From NCBI GenBank assembly GCA_963739895.1, contig CAVUCR010000014.1, positions 164,367 to 228,366 on the forward strand: a DNA stretch of 64,000 nucleotides. Reading direction: 5' to 3'. Of the stretch, positions 1-8,607 are shown piece by piece (position 1 is the stretch's first letter; each line of letters begins with the position of its first letter). Both the position numbers and the translations under genes were made by a program. The notes under the pieces were generated by a model, which made no database searches, was not told the origin of the DNA, and saw only the letters and a list, made by a program, of their open reading frames with translations. This stretch comes from an uncultured Ignavibacteria bacterium. Lineage in GTDB: Bacteria > Bacteroidota > Ignavibacteria > Ignavibacteriales > Ignavibacteriaceae.

Positions 1-1
1 C

Positions 2-874
2 GATGCAAAATCTAAAGTGCAGGAGCTTAACAGCTTGCTGAAGCAGGTGACTACCTTAAATAACCAAATATCATCTGCGTCTGTTTCCGGAAGTGACAAT
101 AACGATCTGCTGGATCAAAGAGATCATGTTATTGACCAATTAAGTGAAATCACAAATATAAGCGTTAGTTATGATTCTTCTAATGCAGCAATAATTTCCG
201 TAGGCGGAGTATTTGCGGCTGATCAAAATATCTCTACAGAGTTTAAAATGAATTCGGTAAACAATAGTTTATCCTTAACAACTAGCGACGGGAGTAGTGT
301 TGCAAATATTAAGGGAGGAACTTTATTTGCCACAATGGACACGTATTCCAATACAATCCCAAAATATCAGGATGATTTAAATAATGTAATGAATACATTA
401 GTTGAATCAGTTAATAATGTACATTCAAAAGGATATTCAAATACAAGTTCACCGGAAACAGGAATTAATTTTTTCGACAGCTATAAAGACGGTGTTTTAA
501 AAATTAACGATAAAATTCTATCAAATAATAATTACATAGCTGCTTCTTCGGACGGAACCTCGGGAAATGGAGATATTGCTGTTTCGATTGCCGGTTTAAG
601 CAATCAGGCACTGGTAAATGGCTCTACTATTTCCGACAGCTACGCCACGTTGGTAAGCAGGATTGGAAATGATAAAAATACTGCTGATCAACAAGCAAAC
701 TCAGGTCAACTGATTTTGCAACAGCTGCAGGATCAAAAAAATTCTTATTCCGGTGTTTCGATTGATGAAGAGATGACAAATGTTATTAAATATCAGCGTT
801 CTTACGATGCATCTGCAAAATTAATTACAGTGGCGGACCAAATGCTCCAAACAGTATTAGGATTGGTAGGATAA
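2..874 (+). CDS. flgK: Flagellar hook-associated protein 1 (FlgK), C-terminal part; the 5' end lies outside the window
   Basis: The frame is open from the window edge. The C-terminal helix SIDEEMTNVIKYQRSYDASAKLITVADQMLQTVLGL matches the conserved FlgK/rod-hook C-terminus. The stop overlaps the next ATG (TAATG at 872-876). Confidence 0.85.
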   Translation, partial: DAKSKVQELNSLLKQVTTLNNQISSASVSGSDNNDLLDQRDHVIDQLSEITNISVSYDSSNAAIISVGGVFAADQNISTEFKMNSVNNSLSLTTSDGSSVANIKGGTLFATMDTYSNTIPKYQDDLNNVMNTLVESVNNVHSKGYSNTSSPETGINFFDSYKDGVLKINDKILSNNNYIAASSDGTSGNGDIAVSIAGLSNQALVNGSTISDSYATLVSRIGNDKNTADQQANSGQLILQQLQDQKNSYSGVSIDEEMTNVIKYQRSYDASAKLITVADQMLQTVLGLVG

Positions 875-2130
875 TGAAAAGAATATCTGATATATCGTTT
901 ACGAATACTTACCTTAACAATTTAAATGTACTCAAGAACCAGTTGAGCCAATTAAACACACAAATTTCTACCGGTAAGAAAATTAATAAACCTTCGGATT
1001 CACCCACCGGAACTTCACAAATATTAAGGATGAATAACCAGATTTCGCAAATAAATACCTTCTCTAATAATATTCAAAATAGTCTCTCTTTTGCTAACGA
1101 AACCTCATTTGCTATGGAATCCATCCAGTCAGAAGTTGTAAGTGTTTTAACAAATCTTACTTCAGTTCAAAATGCGGCAAATACAGATTTAAGTTCTTTT
1201 GCAGACCAGGTTGATCTTTCACTTCAATCGATTTTAAATTCGGCAAATTCTGAGTATGACGGAAAATATCTTTTTTCAGGAACCGATCAATCTGCTAAAC
1301 CTTATGGTTATACCTCCGATGGAAAATCTGTTGAAGTAAAATTAAATGATGTATCCGGGAAACAGCATGTTAGAATTTCATCAAATATTCTTCAAAAGAT
1401 AAACATGACCGGTCAGGAGGTTTTCGGTACAATTGTCAGTCAGAACGGAGATCTTGATATAAATAATAATATTAATGATGTGGTTTCAAATCAGCAGACT
1501 ATATATGATGCCGAAGGGAATCAGTATACTTTGAATTTAGATTATACAAAAACGGCTGCCAATACTTATTCCCTTAACTATGATATACTAGATTCAAGTA
1601 ATACAACTATTTTTAGCACTCCGCCAGCATCCAAATCGGTTGTCTTTGATCCAACAACAGGTTCAATTCAAACTGTTGATGGAAAAAGTGCATTTTCGTT
1701 CAATATTAATGATTCAACTAACAAAATAAACTTTTCAGTAGACCTAAGCGGACTGGAAGAAAAGAATTCGTCCAATTCAGTTTCATTATCTGCAAATCAG
1801 AAAAATGATATATTTAATACTTTAATTATGATTAGAGATAATCTAAGAAACGGAATAAAACCTACTAATGAACAGGTGCAAATAGTTAAAGACTTTAACA
1901 ATGATTTAGTTAATAAGATTTCTGCAAACGGGAATGTTGTAAATCAGTTAACAGACACCTCAGATTTAATTACTAACCAGCAAGCTAATATTGAAGAACT
2001 TCTGTCAAAAAAGCAGGATGTGGATGTAGCCAAAGCAATAACTGATCTTCAAAACATGAATTATGTTTTGGATATGAACTATAAATTAGCATCTATGTTT
2101 TTACCTAAATCTCTTCTGGATTACTTATGA
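874..2130 (+). CDS. flgL: Flagellar hook-associated protein 3 (FlgL), flagellin-like
   Basis: Flagellin-type N-terminal helix (RISDISF..QLNTQISTGKKINKPSDSPTG) and C-terminal helix (DVAKAITDLQNMNYVLDMNYKLASMFLPKSLLDYL). Position directly after flgK. ATGA overlap with the next gene. Confidence 0.8.
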   Translation: MKRISDISFTNTYLNNLNVLKNQLSQLNTQISTGKKINKPSDSPTGTSQILRMNNQISQINTFSNNIQNSLSFANETSFAMESIQSEVVSVLTNLTSVQNAANTDLSSFADQVDLSLQSILNSANSEYDGKYLFSGTDQSAKPYGYTSDGKSVEVKLNDVSGKQHVRISSNILQKINMTGQEVFGTIVSQNGDLDINNNINDVVSNQQTIYDAEGNQYTLNLDYTKTAANTYSLNYDILDSSNTTIFSTPPASKSVVFDPTTGSIQTVDGKSAFSFNINDSTNKINFSVDLSGLEEKNSSNSVSLSANQKNDIFNTLIMIRDNLRNGIKPTNEQVQIVKDFNNDLVNKISANGNVVNQLTDTSDLITNQQANIEELLSKKQDVDVAKAITDLQNMNYVLDMNYKLASMFLPKSLLDYL

Positions 2131-2905
2131 AGCTGAAATATGGAGCTTTCATTGGATTTGGACTCGGGATATTTTCTATATTCGGCGCATTTTTATTTGA
2201 GGGAGGTTCTTTTAAAGTACTCTTTCTATTTCCTCCGTTAGTAATTGTCTTCGGTGGAACATTTTCGGCTGTAATAATTGGTTTCGGGCTGGAAAAATTT
2301 ATTGATGCTATTTCAGTAATTAAATTAGCTTACTGGCCTCAAAGATATAATTTAATAAATCTCATTAATAACTTTATAGAATTCTCGATAATATCAAGAA
2401 GAGAAGGATTATTAACTATTGAAAAATATATCGATAGGATTGATTACTCTTTTCCAAAAAAATTAATAAGATACGCAGTTGACGGAACAGACCCGCAAGC
2501 ATTAGAAAACTTAGCTTTTTTAGAAATGAAAGCAATGGAAGAAAGACATTTTTCCAATATTCAAGTATTTTCTAAAATGGGAGGTTATGCACCGACTATG
2601 GGAATTATTGGTACTGTAATGGGTTTAATTATGACACTAGCAAGCGCCGGGAAAATCCAAACGTATTAATACATAACATAGCCTCTGCATTTATTGCAAC
2701 TTTGTGGGGAATTGTCAGCGCAAATATTTTATGGTTTCCAATAGGCGATAAATTAAAAAAATGTCATTCGGACGAAAAATATATGATGGAGATTTCACTG
2801 GAAGGGATACTAGCATTGCAGAACGGGGAAGTACCGTCAATAATAAAAGCAAGACTAATAAGCATGCTTCCCCAAAAAGAACAAAGAAAGCTTCTTTATT
2901 CTTAG
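2127..2905 (+). CDS. motA: Flagellar stator protein, MotA/PomA/MotP family (stator set 1); frame broken once
   Basis: ORFs 2127..2669 and 2702..2905 are two halves of one protein. The sequence reads GYAPTMGIIGTVMGLIMTLASAG, then in the next frame ENPNVLIHNIASAFIATLWGIVSANILWFPIGDKLKK, which is the conserved TM3-TM4 channel region. The break is at the G3A4 run 2649-2655. Confidence 0.85.
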
Positions 2906-3579
2906 TTGGTAGTAGTAATCCCTTTGAAAGTGACCCCGAAAAAGATCGATATCTGATTACTTATGCAGATGTTATAACATTATTGCTCGGTCTGTTTATT
3001 ATACTATATGCAGTTTCGAACATTGATATAAAAAAGTATGAGAAGATAAAATCTGCTTTTGAAAATTCTTTTACTAATGGAAAGATAATAGGAATAAATA
3101 AAAAATCAGGTGATTTAATCGTCACCCCGGTAGATGAACTGAGAAATCATCTTAGGGATTTTATTACTGATAACGGCTACAGTAAAGTAATAAAGCTCGA
3201 AGAAAATGAACATGGGATCATAATACATATTCTTGATGAAATTTTATTTCCTTCTGGAAGTGCAGACCTAAATAAAAATTCACTCCAGGTGCTTAATAAA
3301 ATTGCATCAATATTGAACCAGATCCCTAATGAAATAAGGATTGAAGGACATACAGATAATGTTCCGATTCATACTGCAAGCTTTCCTTCAAATTGGCATT
3401 TATCGGTAATGAGAGCTTTAAATACAGCCTATTACTTGATTAATAATGAAAATTTAAAAGCAGAAAGAGTTTCAATTGTAGGCAATTCCGAATATAAACC
3501 TTTGGCCACAAACGAAACGGTTTCTGGCAGAACTCAGAATAGAAGAGTTGATATAGTAATAGTCAGAGAAGAAAAATGA
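2761..3579 (+). CDS. motB: Flagellar stator protein MotB family with OmpA-like peptidoglycan-binding domain (stator set 1); start codon unresolved
   Basis: The TM helix carries the conserved Asp (DRYLITYADVITLLLGLFIILYA). C-terminal OmpA-like motifs are present (IEGHTDNVP, SNWHLSVMRA, NRRVDIVI). The only in-frame ATG is at 2761, 145 nt inside motA, and no ATG/GTG/TTG follows the motA stop. Confidence 0.75.
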   Translation: MSFGRKIYDGDFTGRDTSIAERGSTVNNKSKTNKHASPKRTKKASLFLVGSSNPFESDPEKDRYLITYADVITLLLGLFIILYAVSNIDIKKYEKIKSAFENSFTNGKIIGINKKSGDLIVTPVDELRNHLRDFITDNGYSKVIKLEENEHGIIIHILDEILFPSGSADLNKNSLQVLNKIASILNQIPNEIRIEGHTDNVPIHTASFPSNWHLSVMRALNTAYYLINNENLKAERVSIVGNSEYKPLATNETVSGRTQNRRVDIVIVREEK

Positions 3580-3956
3580 AAATAACAACGCATCAATTTG
3601 GTGAAATTGAATTTGAAAAGGGGCATATAGTAAGTTTCTCTTCCGGTATAATCGGGTTTGAAAACCTGAAAGATTATTTATTAATAAAAACCGAAGATGA
3701 ACTATTCTACTGGTTGAACTCTATAGAAAAACCTGATATCTGTTTCCCCATGGTTGGAATTAGAGTAATTGATGAAACTTTCCCAATGGAAAAAGATTTT
3801 GAAGCTTTCGGGATAGTTACATTAAATAAAGATCCATTAAAAATTACAATAAATTTAAAATCGCCTGTTTATTTAAATCAAGATGAGAAGATAGGGTACC
3901 AGAAGATTTTAAGTGATAGTAAATATCCCGTAAATTACAATCTATTTAAGCCGTAG
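3576..3956 (+). CDS. fliW: Flagellar assembly factor FliW
   Basis: HQFGEIEFEKGHIVSFSSGIIGFENLKDYLLI..FYWLNSIEKPDICFPMVG matches the FliW N-terminal consensus. ATGA overlap with motB. It lies immediately upstream of csrA, the canonical pairing. Confidence 0.85.
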   Translation: MKITTHQFGEIEFEKGHIVSFSSGIIGFENLKDYLLIKTEDELFYWLNSIEKPDICFPMVGIRVIDETFPMEKDFEAFGIVTLNKDPLKITINLKSPVYLNQDEKIGYQKILSDSKYPVNYNLFKP

Positions 3957-3974
3957 ATTGAAAAGGCAGCATTA

Positions 3975-4235
3975 ATGTTAATTCTTACTAGAAAAATAAA
4001 TGAAGAGATAATAATAAATTCTGACATTAGGATAAAAATATTATCAATATCTGAAAACCAAATTAAAATAGGTATTACAGCTCCCGAGAATATGGAAATA
4101 TTAAGAGGTGAAATTTTTGAAAGGGTTAAACAGATTGCGATAAGCCTGCCCACTGGTAAAGTAAGTATTGATGATAAAATTGGAGAGGAAATTAAAGATT
4201 TTTCGAAATTCAAAGTAAATAAAATTTCAAAATGA
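3975..4235 (+). CDS. csrA: Carbon storage regulator CsrA (FliW-partnered type, long C-terminal extension)
   Basis: MLILTRKINEEIIINSDIRIKILSISENQIKIGITAPENMEILRGEIFERV is the CsrA fold consensus. At 86 aa it has a tail beyond the core. Confidence 0.9.
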   Translation: MLILTRKINEEIIINSDIRIKILSISENQIKIGITAPENMEILRGEIFERVKQIAISLPTGKVSIDDKIGEEIKDFSKFKVNKISK

Positions 4236-4236
4236 T

Positions 4237-4953
4237 ATGATGCCGGATAAAAAAGTTACTATCCTGGTTGTTGATGATTCTGATTTAATTAGGCATACAT
4301 TAGCAAAATTTTTTGACGATTATGTTGTTGACGTTGTAAGCTGCCTGGACGGCCTGGAAGGAATTCAAAAAGCTTTACAGTATATACCTGATTTGATTTT
4401 CCTCGATTTAATGATGCCTAACCTGGATGGTATTAAAATGCTGCAGGTTATAAAAGTGATAGATGCTTTAAAAAATATCCCGGTTATTGTTATCAGCGGA
4501 AATACTAGTAAGGCCAATGTTCTTGTTGCAATTGAATCAGGTGCCGAAAAGGTTATACCCAAACCTCTCCAAAAAGAAGTTATAATAAATAGTGTTAATG
4601 AAATTTTGGGCAATGACTTTCTTAATCATTCAAAAACAACAAACTTAACCGAAAAAGAGAATAAAGAAATATTAAATCATCTTTGCAGAATTTTCATGGA
4701 GCATTACCCGGTTAAAAAACGAAAAATGGAAAAAGCATTTGAAACAAAGAATAAAGATTTATTATCTATTCTTATCCATGAAATGAAAGGAGCCGGCGGC
4801 ACAATAGGTTACCCTATCATTAGTATTATATGTAATGATATTGAAAAAGCTCTCGAAATACCGGTTATAGATTGGAGTCATATAAGAAAAAAATGTGAGC
4901 AGATTTTCACTATAGTTGATAAAATTGAATATTCGAAATCAATTTTAGAATAA
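4237..4953 (+). CDS. Receiver (REC) domain fused to a histidine phosphotransfer (HPt) domain
   Basis: N-terminal REC motifs: ILVVDDS, phospho-acceptor context IFLDLMMPNLDG, and KPL. The C-terminus carries the HPt signature HEMKGAGGTIGY (H-x-x-K-G). The gene starts 2 nt after the csrA stop. Confidence 0.75.
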   Translation: MMPDKKVTILVVDDSDLIRHTLAKFFDDYVVDVVSCLDGLEGIQKALQYIPDLIFLDLMMPNLDGIKMLQVIKVIDALKNIPVIVISGNTSKANVLVAIESGAEKVIPKPLQKEVIINSVNEILGNDFLNHSKTTNLTEKENKEILNHLCRIFMEHYPVKKRKMEKAFETKNKDLLSILIHEMKGAGGTIGYPIISIICNDIEKALEIPVIDWSHIRKKCEQIFTIVDKIEYSKSILE

Positions 4954-5030
4954 TAATATTTAAAATTTTTAACATATGTTTTGAAGAATTAAACCTTTAC
5001 CAAACTAAAATAAAATAAAAGAAAAGAAAA

Positions 5031-5888
5031 ATGTTTGTTATAATAGGAATTGCTGTAGTAATAATATCAATAGTAACAGGTTTTTTGATTGCCGGCGGCA
5101 ACCTGGTTTTATTACTTCAATGGGCTGAATTCATTGTAATCGGCGGTGCTGCAATTGGGAGTCTGCTTATTTCTTCCCCCCTTTCTTTACTAAAAAAAAT
5201 AATTGCAGAATTACCTAGTGTAATTAAAGGGAATCATTATTCTAAATCTGACTATATGGAATTGCTCAAATCGTTTAATGATTTGTTTCTTATTGCACAA
5301 AGAGACGGCTTGTTATCAATTGAAAAACATGTAGAAAATCCTGAAGAAAGTGAAATATTATCTCAAAATAAAAAGTTTATTAACAATCCTTTTTTAAGAG
5401 ACTTTTTCTGCGATACTATGAAAGTTATGCTTACTGGCGGAGTTCCTCCCCACGAACTTGAAGGTTTGATCGATACAGAAATTGAAACTTTTGAAATTGA
5501 ATCAAAACCTATTGCAGCAACATTGAACAAAGTCGGAGATTCTTTGCCCGGTCTTGGTATTGTAGCTGCTGTTTTAGGTATTATTGTTACAATGGGTTCT
5601 ATTGATAAAGGTGCTGAAGTAGTAGGACATCATGTCGCTGCAGCATTAGTCGGAACTTTTTTAGGTGTTCTGATGGCTTATGGATTCGTAAGTCCTCTGG
5701 CATCTAGTGTCGAACATAGTATTGAAAATAAAGTACGTTTCTTATCTACCATCAAAAGCTGTATAGTTGCATATGCAAAAGGAAACCCTCCGATTGTTGC
5801 GGTTGAAATAGCAAGGAGAACAATCTTTTCAGATGAACGCCCATCTTTTTCAGAACTTGAAAATTATGTAAGAGGGAAGAGTGCTTAA
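5031..5888 (+). CDS. motA: Flagellar stator protein MotA (stator set 2, E. coli MotA-like)
   Basis: Collinear along its full length with enterobacterial MotA. Shared strings include AEFIVIGGAAIGSLLIS, RDGLLSIEKHVENPEESEI, DSLPGLGIVAAVLGII, LVGTFLGVLMAYGFVSPLA, PPIVAVEIARRTIFSDERPSF. Confidence 0.9.
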   Translation: MFVIIGIAVVIISIVTGFLIAGGNLVLLLQWAEFIVIGGAAIGSLLISSPLSLLKKIIAELPSVIKGNHYSKSDYMELLKSFNDLFLIAQRDGLLSIEKHVENPEESEILSQNKKFINNPFLRDFFCDTMKVMLTGGVPPHELEGLIDTEIETFEIESKPIAATLNKVGDSLPGLGIVAAVLGIIVTMGSIDKGAEVVGHHVAAALVGTFLGVLMAYGFVSPLASSVEHSIENKVRFLSTIKSCIVAYAKGNPPIVAVEIARRTIFSDERPSFSELENYVRGKSA

Positions 5889-6645
5889 TCCTGAAGGCAA
5901 TCCGATAATAATAAAGAAGAAGAAGGGACATGAACACGGCGGTCATGGCGGTGCATGGAAAGTTGCTTATGCCGATTTTGTTACTGCAATGATGGCTCTA
6001 TTTATTGTATTATGGATATTAGGTCAGGATCAGTCTGTTAAAGAATCCATTGCACATTATTTCAGAGACCCGATTGGGTTCTCAGATAAAGGGAAAAGCG
6101 TTTTAACCGGGAATAGTTCGCAACTTTTTAATATTGACCTGCAAAAATCTATAGAACAGAGAGAAACTGAAAAGCAGGAATTAAAAAAGATGGGAGATAA
6201 GATTTTAAATGAACTTTCTGAAGATCCTGAGTATATTAATATAGTAAATCAAATTAAAATAGAAATTGTTGATGAAGGTTTAAGGATCGAGATTTTAGAC
6301 TCTGCAAATGATGTTTTCTTTGAGATAGGCAACGCAAAATTAAAACCGGCAATGGTTAGTCTTTTAGAAAAAATTGGAGATCAGTTAGCAAAGCTTCCGA
6401 ATAAAATTGTTATCGAAGGGCATACAGATGCGCGTCCGTATCATGGAAATAATATTGGTTATACTAATTTTGAACTGAGTGCGGACAGAGCTAATTCTGC
6501 TAGAATGGCACTTGCAACCAGCAAGCTAGACAATGATCAAATTGAAGAGATTAGAGGGTATGCTGATAGAAGATTGAGGGATAAAAAAGATCCTTACAAC
6601 CTGGTCAACAGACGAATTAGCATTATTGTTAAGTATTTAAATTAA
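5881..6645 (+). CDS. motB: Flagellar stator protein MotB (stator set 2)
   Basis: GGAWKVAYADFVTAMMALFIVLWIL is nearly the E. coli MotB channel helix and includes the conserved Asp. C-terminal OmpA-like domain (IEGHTDARP, FELSADRANSARMAL, NRRISIIV). The GTG start overlaps the motA end. Confidence 0.88.
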   Translation: MLNPEGNPIIIKKKKGHEHGGHGGAWKVAYADFVTAMMALFIVLWILGQDQSVKESIAHYFRDPIGFSDKGKSVLTGNSSQLFNIDLQKSIEQRETEKQELKKMGDKILNELSEDPEYINIVNQIKIEIVDEGLRIEILDSANDVFFEIGNAKLKPAMVSLLEKIGDQLAKLPNKIVIEGHTDARPYHGNNIGYTNFELSADRANSARMALATSKLDNDQIEEIRGYADRRLRDKKDPYNLVNRRISIIVKYLN

Positions 6646-6650
6646 AACAA

Positions 6651-7043
6651 GTGAAAAGTATAATTGTAGTTGAAGATGATCCTTTTTCACAGGAATTCTA
6701 TAAATATCTTTTAAAAAGGGAGGGATATGTACCTTTAATTATTGAAGAAGGAGATATATTATTTGAACAATTAACTAAAGAATCTATTTCTTTGATAATT
6801 ATGGACATAAATTTAAAGAATACTTATCTTAACAATGAAAAAGTTGACGGAGTAATTTTATCAAGAATGATTAAAGAAAATCCTGATTTTTCTAAAATAC
6901 CCGTCTTGCTTGTTACGGCTTATTCTTTATCTACCGATGGGCCGGGATTTTTTGAAGAAAGTTTAGCTGAAGATTATATTACCAAACCGATTATGGATTA
7001 TAATCTTCTATTGGAGAAAATAAATAATTTAGTTGAAATTTAA
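6651..7043 (+). CDS. Single-domain response regulator (CheY-like receiver)
   Basis: Receiver motifs IIVVEDDP, IIMDINL (acceptor Asp), LLVTAY, TKPI. 130 aa, GTG start, no output domain. Confidence 0.75.
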   Translation: MKSIIVVEDDPFSQEFYKYLLKREGYVPLIIEEGDILFEQLTKESISLIIMDINLKNTYLNNEKVDGVILSRMIKENPDFSKIPVLLVTAYSLSTDGPGFFEESLAEDYITKPIMDYNLLLEKINNLVEI

Positions 7044-7703
7044 ATGGGAAAAGACCAAATTTTAGTTGTAGAGGATGAGAAGGATACAAGATACATTCTT
7101 GATAAACTTTTAACAAAGAATAATTACGAAGTAGTTACTTCGGTTAACGGTGAAGAAGCTATTGAAATCTTAAAACAGCATAAACCCAAAGTAATCATTG
7201 CCGATTGGACTATGCCGGTTATGGATGGCATAGAATTGTGCAAGATCTTAAAAGGCGATGAAACTTATAAGCTTATATATTTTATTATTCTTACTGCCAG
7301 GGCTTCATTAAAGGACAGGGTTATCGGGTTAGATGTTGGCGCCGATGATTTTCTTGTTAAACCGGTAGATAACCAGGAATTGTTAGCCAGGATAAGATCA
7401 GGAATTAGAATTCATAATCTTCAGAATGAATTAAAAAATATCGAACATAATAAAGCAATTATTGAAATGGCATGCACAATTGGACATAAAATCAACAATC
7501 CTTTAAGCAGCCTATTAATGTCCATCCAAAGCATTGAAGATGAATTAAACTCTGATGAAAAAGACAAATTTATTGACGATTTTAATATTACACATCAATC
7601 CATCGAAAAAATCAAATCTTTGGTAAAAGATTTAACACACCTTCAAAAACCCGATTTAATCGAGTATACTCCTGACCAAAAAATGGTAAAATTAGGAGAG
7701 TAA
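7044..7703 (+). CDS. Receiver domain fused to a HisKA-like dimerisation/phosphotransfer (DHp) helix pair; no ATPase domain
   Basis: REC motifs: ILVVEDE, VIIADWTMPVMDG, ILTA, VKPV. An H-box-like segment follows (IEMACTIGHKINNPLSSLL), and the protein ends about 60 aa later with no N/G1/G2 boxes. It starts 1 nt after the preceding stop. Confidence 0.7.
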   Translation: MGKDQILVVEDEKDTRYILDKLLTKNNYEVVTSVNGEEAIEILKQHKPKVIIADWTMPVMDGIELCKILKGDETYKLIYFIILTARASLKDRVIGLDVGADDFLVKPVDNQELLARIRSGIRIHNLQNELKNIEHNKAIIEMACTIGHKINNPLSSLLMSIQSIEDELNSDEKDKFIDDFNITHQSIEKIKSLVKDLTHLQKPDLIEYTPDQKMVKLGE

Positions 7704-7751
7704 TCCTAAAGTTATTCCCCCTTTTTTCGATTATAATTAAGGGAGAATACC

Positions 7752-8396
7752 ATGTTAGATAAAATTAAAGATATACAATTAAATCTGAATGGTTCGCAAA
7801 ATGATTACTATACTGGACAGTATAAAAAGAATAATGCTGCAAAAAGAGATTTCCAGTATAATGATTCATTAAAATGTTCCGAAGCCATTCAATATATAAT
7901 GCAGAAAAAATGGCAAATTAAAGAGCTGTTTTTTTCTTCGGGGAAAAATTTGTCTATTTCATTTGTAACTTCCGGTATTGAATTCCATACAATTATTGAT
8001 ACAGGGGGATTAAATTCATTATCAAAAATTAATTATTCAATAAGCTCTGAAAAAGATGTCAATGATGTTAAGAAAAAATTAACCGCTTTCATTTCAATGG
8101 ATATTTCGGAAGAAAAATCTAATGATAAAAATATTGTTAGTGAATTACCCGGAATTAAAATGCTGGTTAAAAGGTTATTTTCCCTTAATATAGAAAATGA
8201 ACTAAACTCGAATGATAGTAGTGTGCTTAATAATCTTTTTGATGATATAATTGAATTCATCAGTTTTGATATGACTTATATAAATTATAGTCTTTTTGAA
8301 TTCATTATGAAATTAACCGGTTCAAAAATCAACCTTGTACCTAAAGAGGATTATCCGCTCATTGCATTAAATAAAATACAAGTAGTTAAAGTCTAG
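7752..8396 (+). CDS. Hypothetical protein (214 aa), last gene of the flagellar-linked block
   Basis: Long ORF preceded by an AAGGGAG ribosome-binding site at 7739-7745. No family recognised. Confidence 0.55.
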   Translation: MLDKIKDIQLNLNGSQNDYYTGQYKKNNAAKRDFQYNDSLKCSEAIQYIMQKKWQIKELFFSSGKNLSISFVTSGIEFHTIIDTGGLNSLSKINYSISSEKDVNDVKKKLTAFISMDISEEKSNDKNIVSELPGIKMLVKRLFSLNIENELNSNDSSVLNNLFDDIIEFISFDMTYINYSLFEFIMKLTGSKINLVPKEDYPLIALNKIQVVKV

Positions 8397-8607
8397 TATC
8401 ATTTTTTCTTTTTCTCAATCCGGCCAAATACAATCAAACTTTTTATACGGAAAATTTACTTTTTATTTGTTAAGTTACATCTATTAATTGTAGCGGTTTA
8501 AAAAACCGGATTCGATTTATTTTTTGATTTCTACCAAAAGTAGTAATATAAAATTATCGATTAAATATTTTAAGTTAATTTAATAAAGAGAAAGGAAGGG
8601 GAAAGTC

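Noticed and set aside
3935-4213. 92-aa minus-strand ORF
   Set aside because: It is antisense to csrA and has low-complexity I/L/S-rich content typical of the reverse frame of AT-rich coding DNA.
8494-8508. Short hairpin CGGTTT-AAA-AAACCG after the 7752..8396 gene, considered as a terminator, and the leader of the PLP enzyme as a possible SAM/Met riboswitch
   Set aside because: The stem is only 6 bp and AT-rich, with no adjoining T tract. I could not find any S-box or other riboswitch core motifs in 8397-8607.
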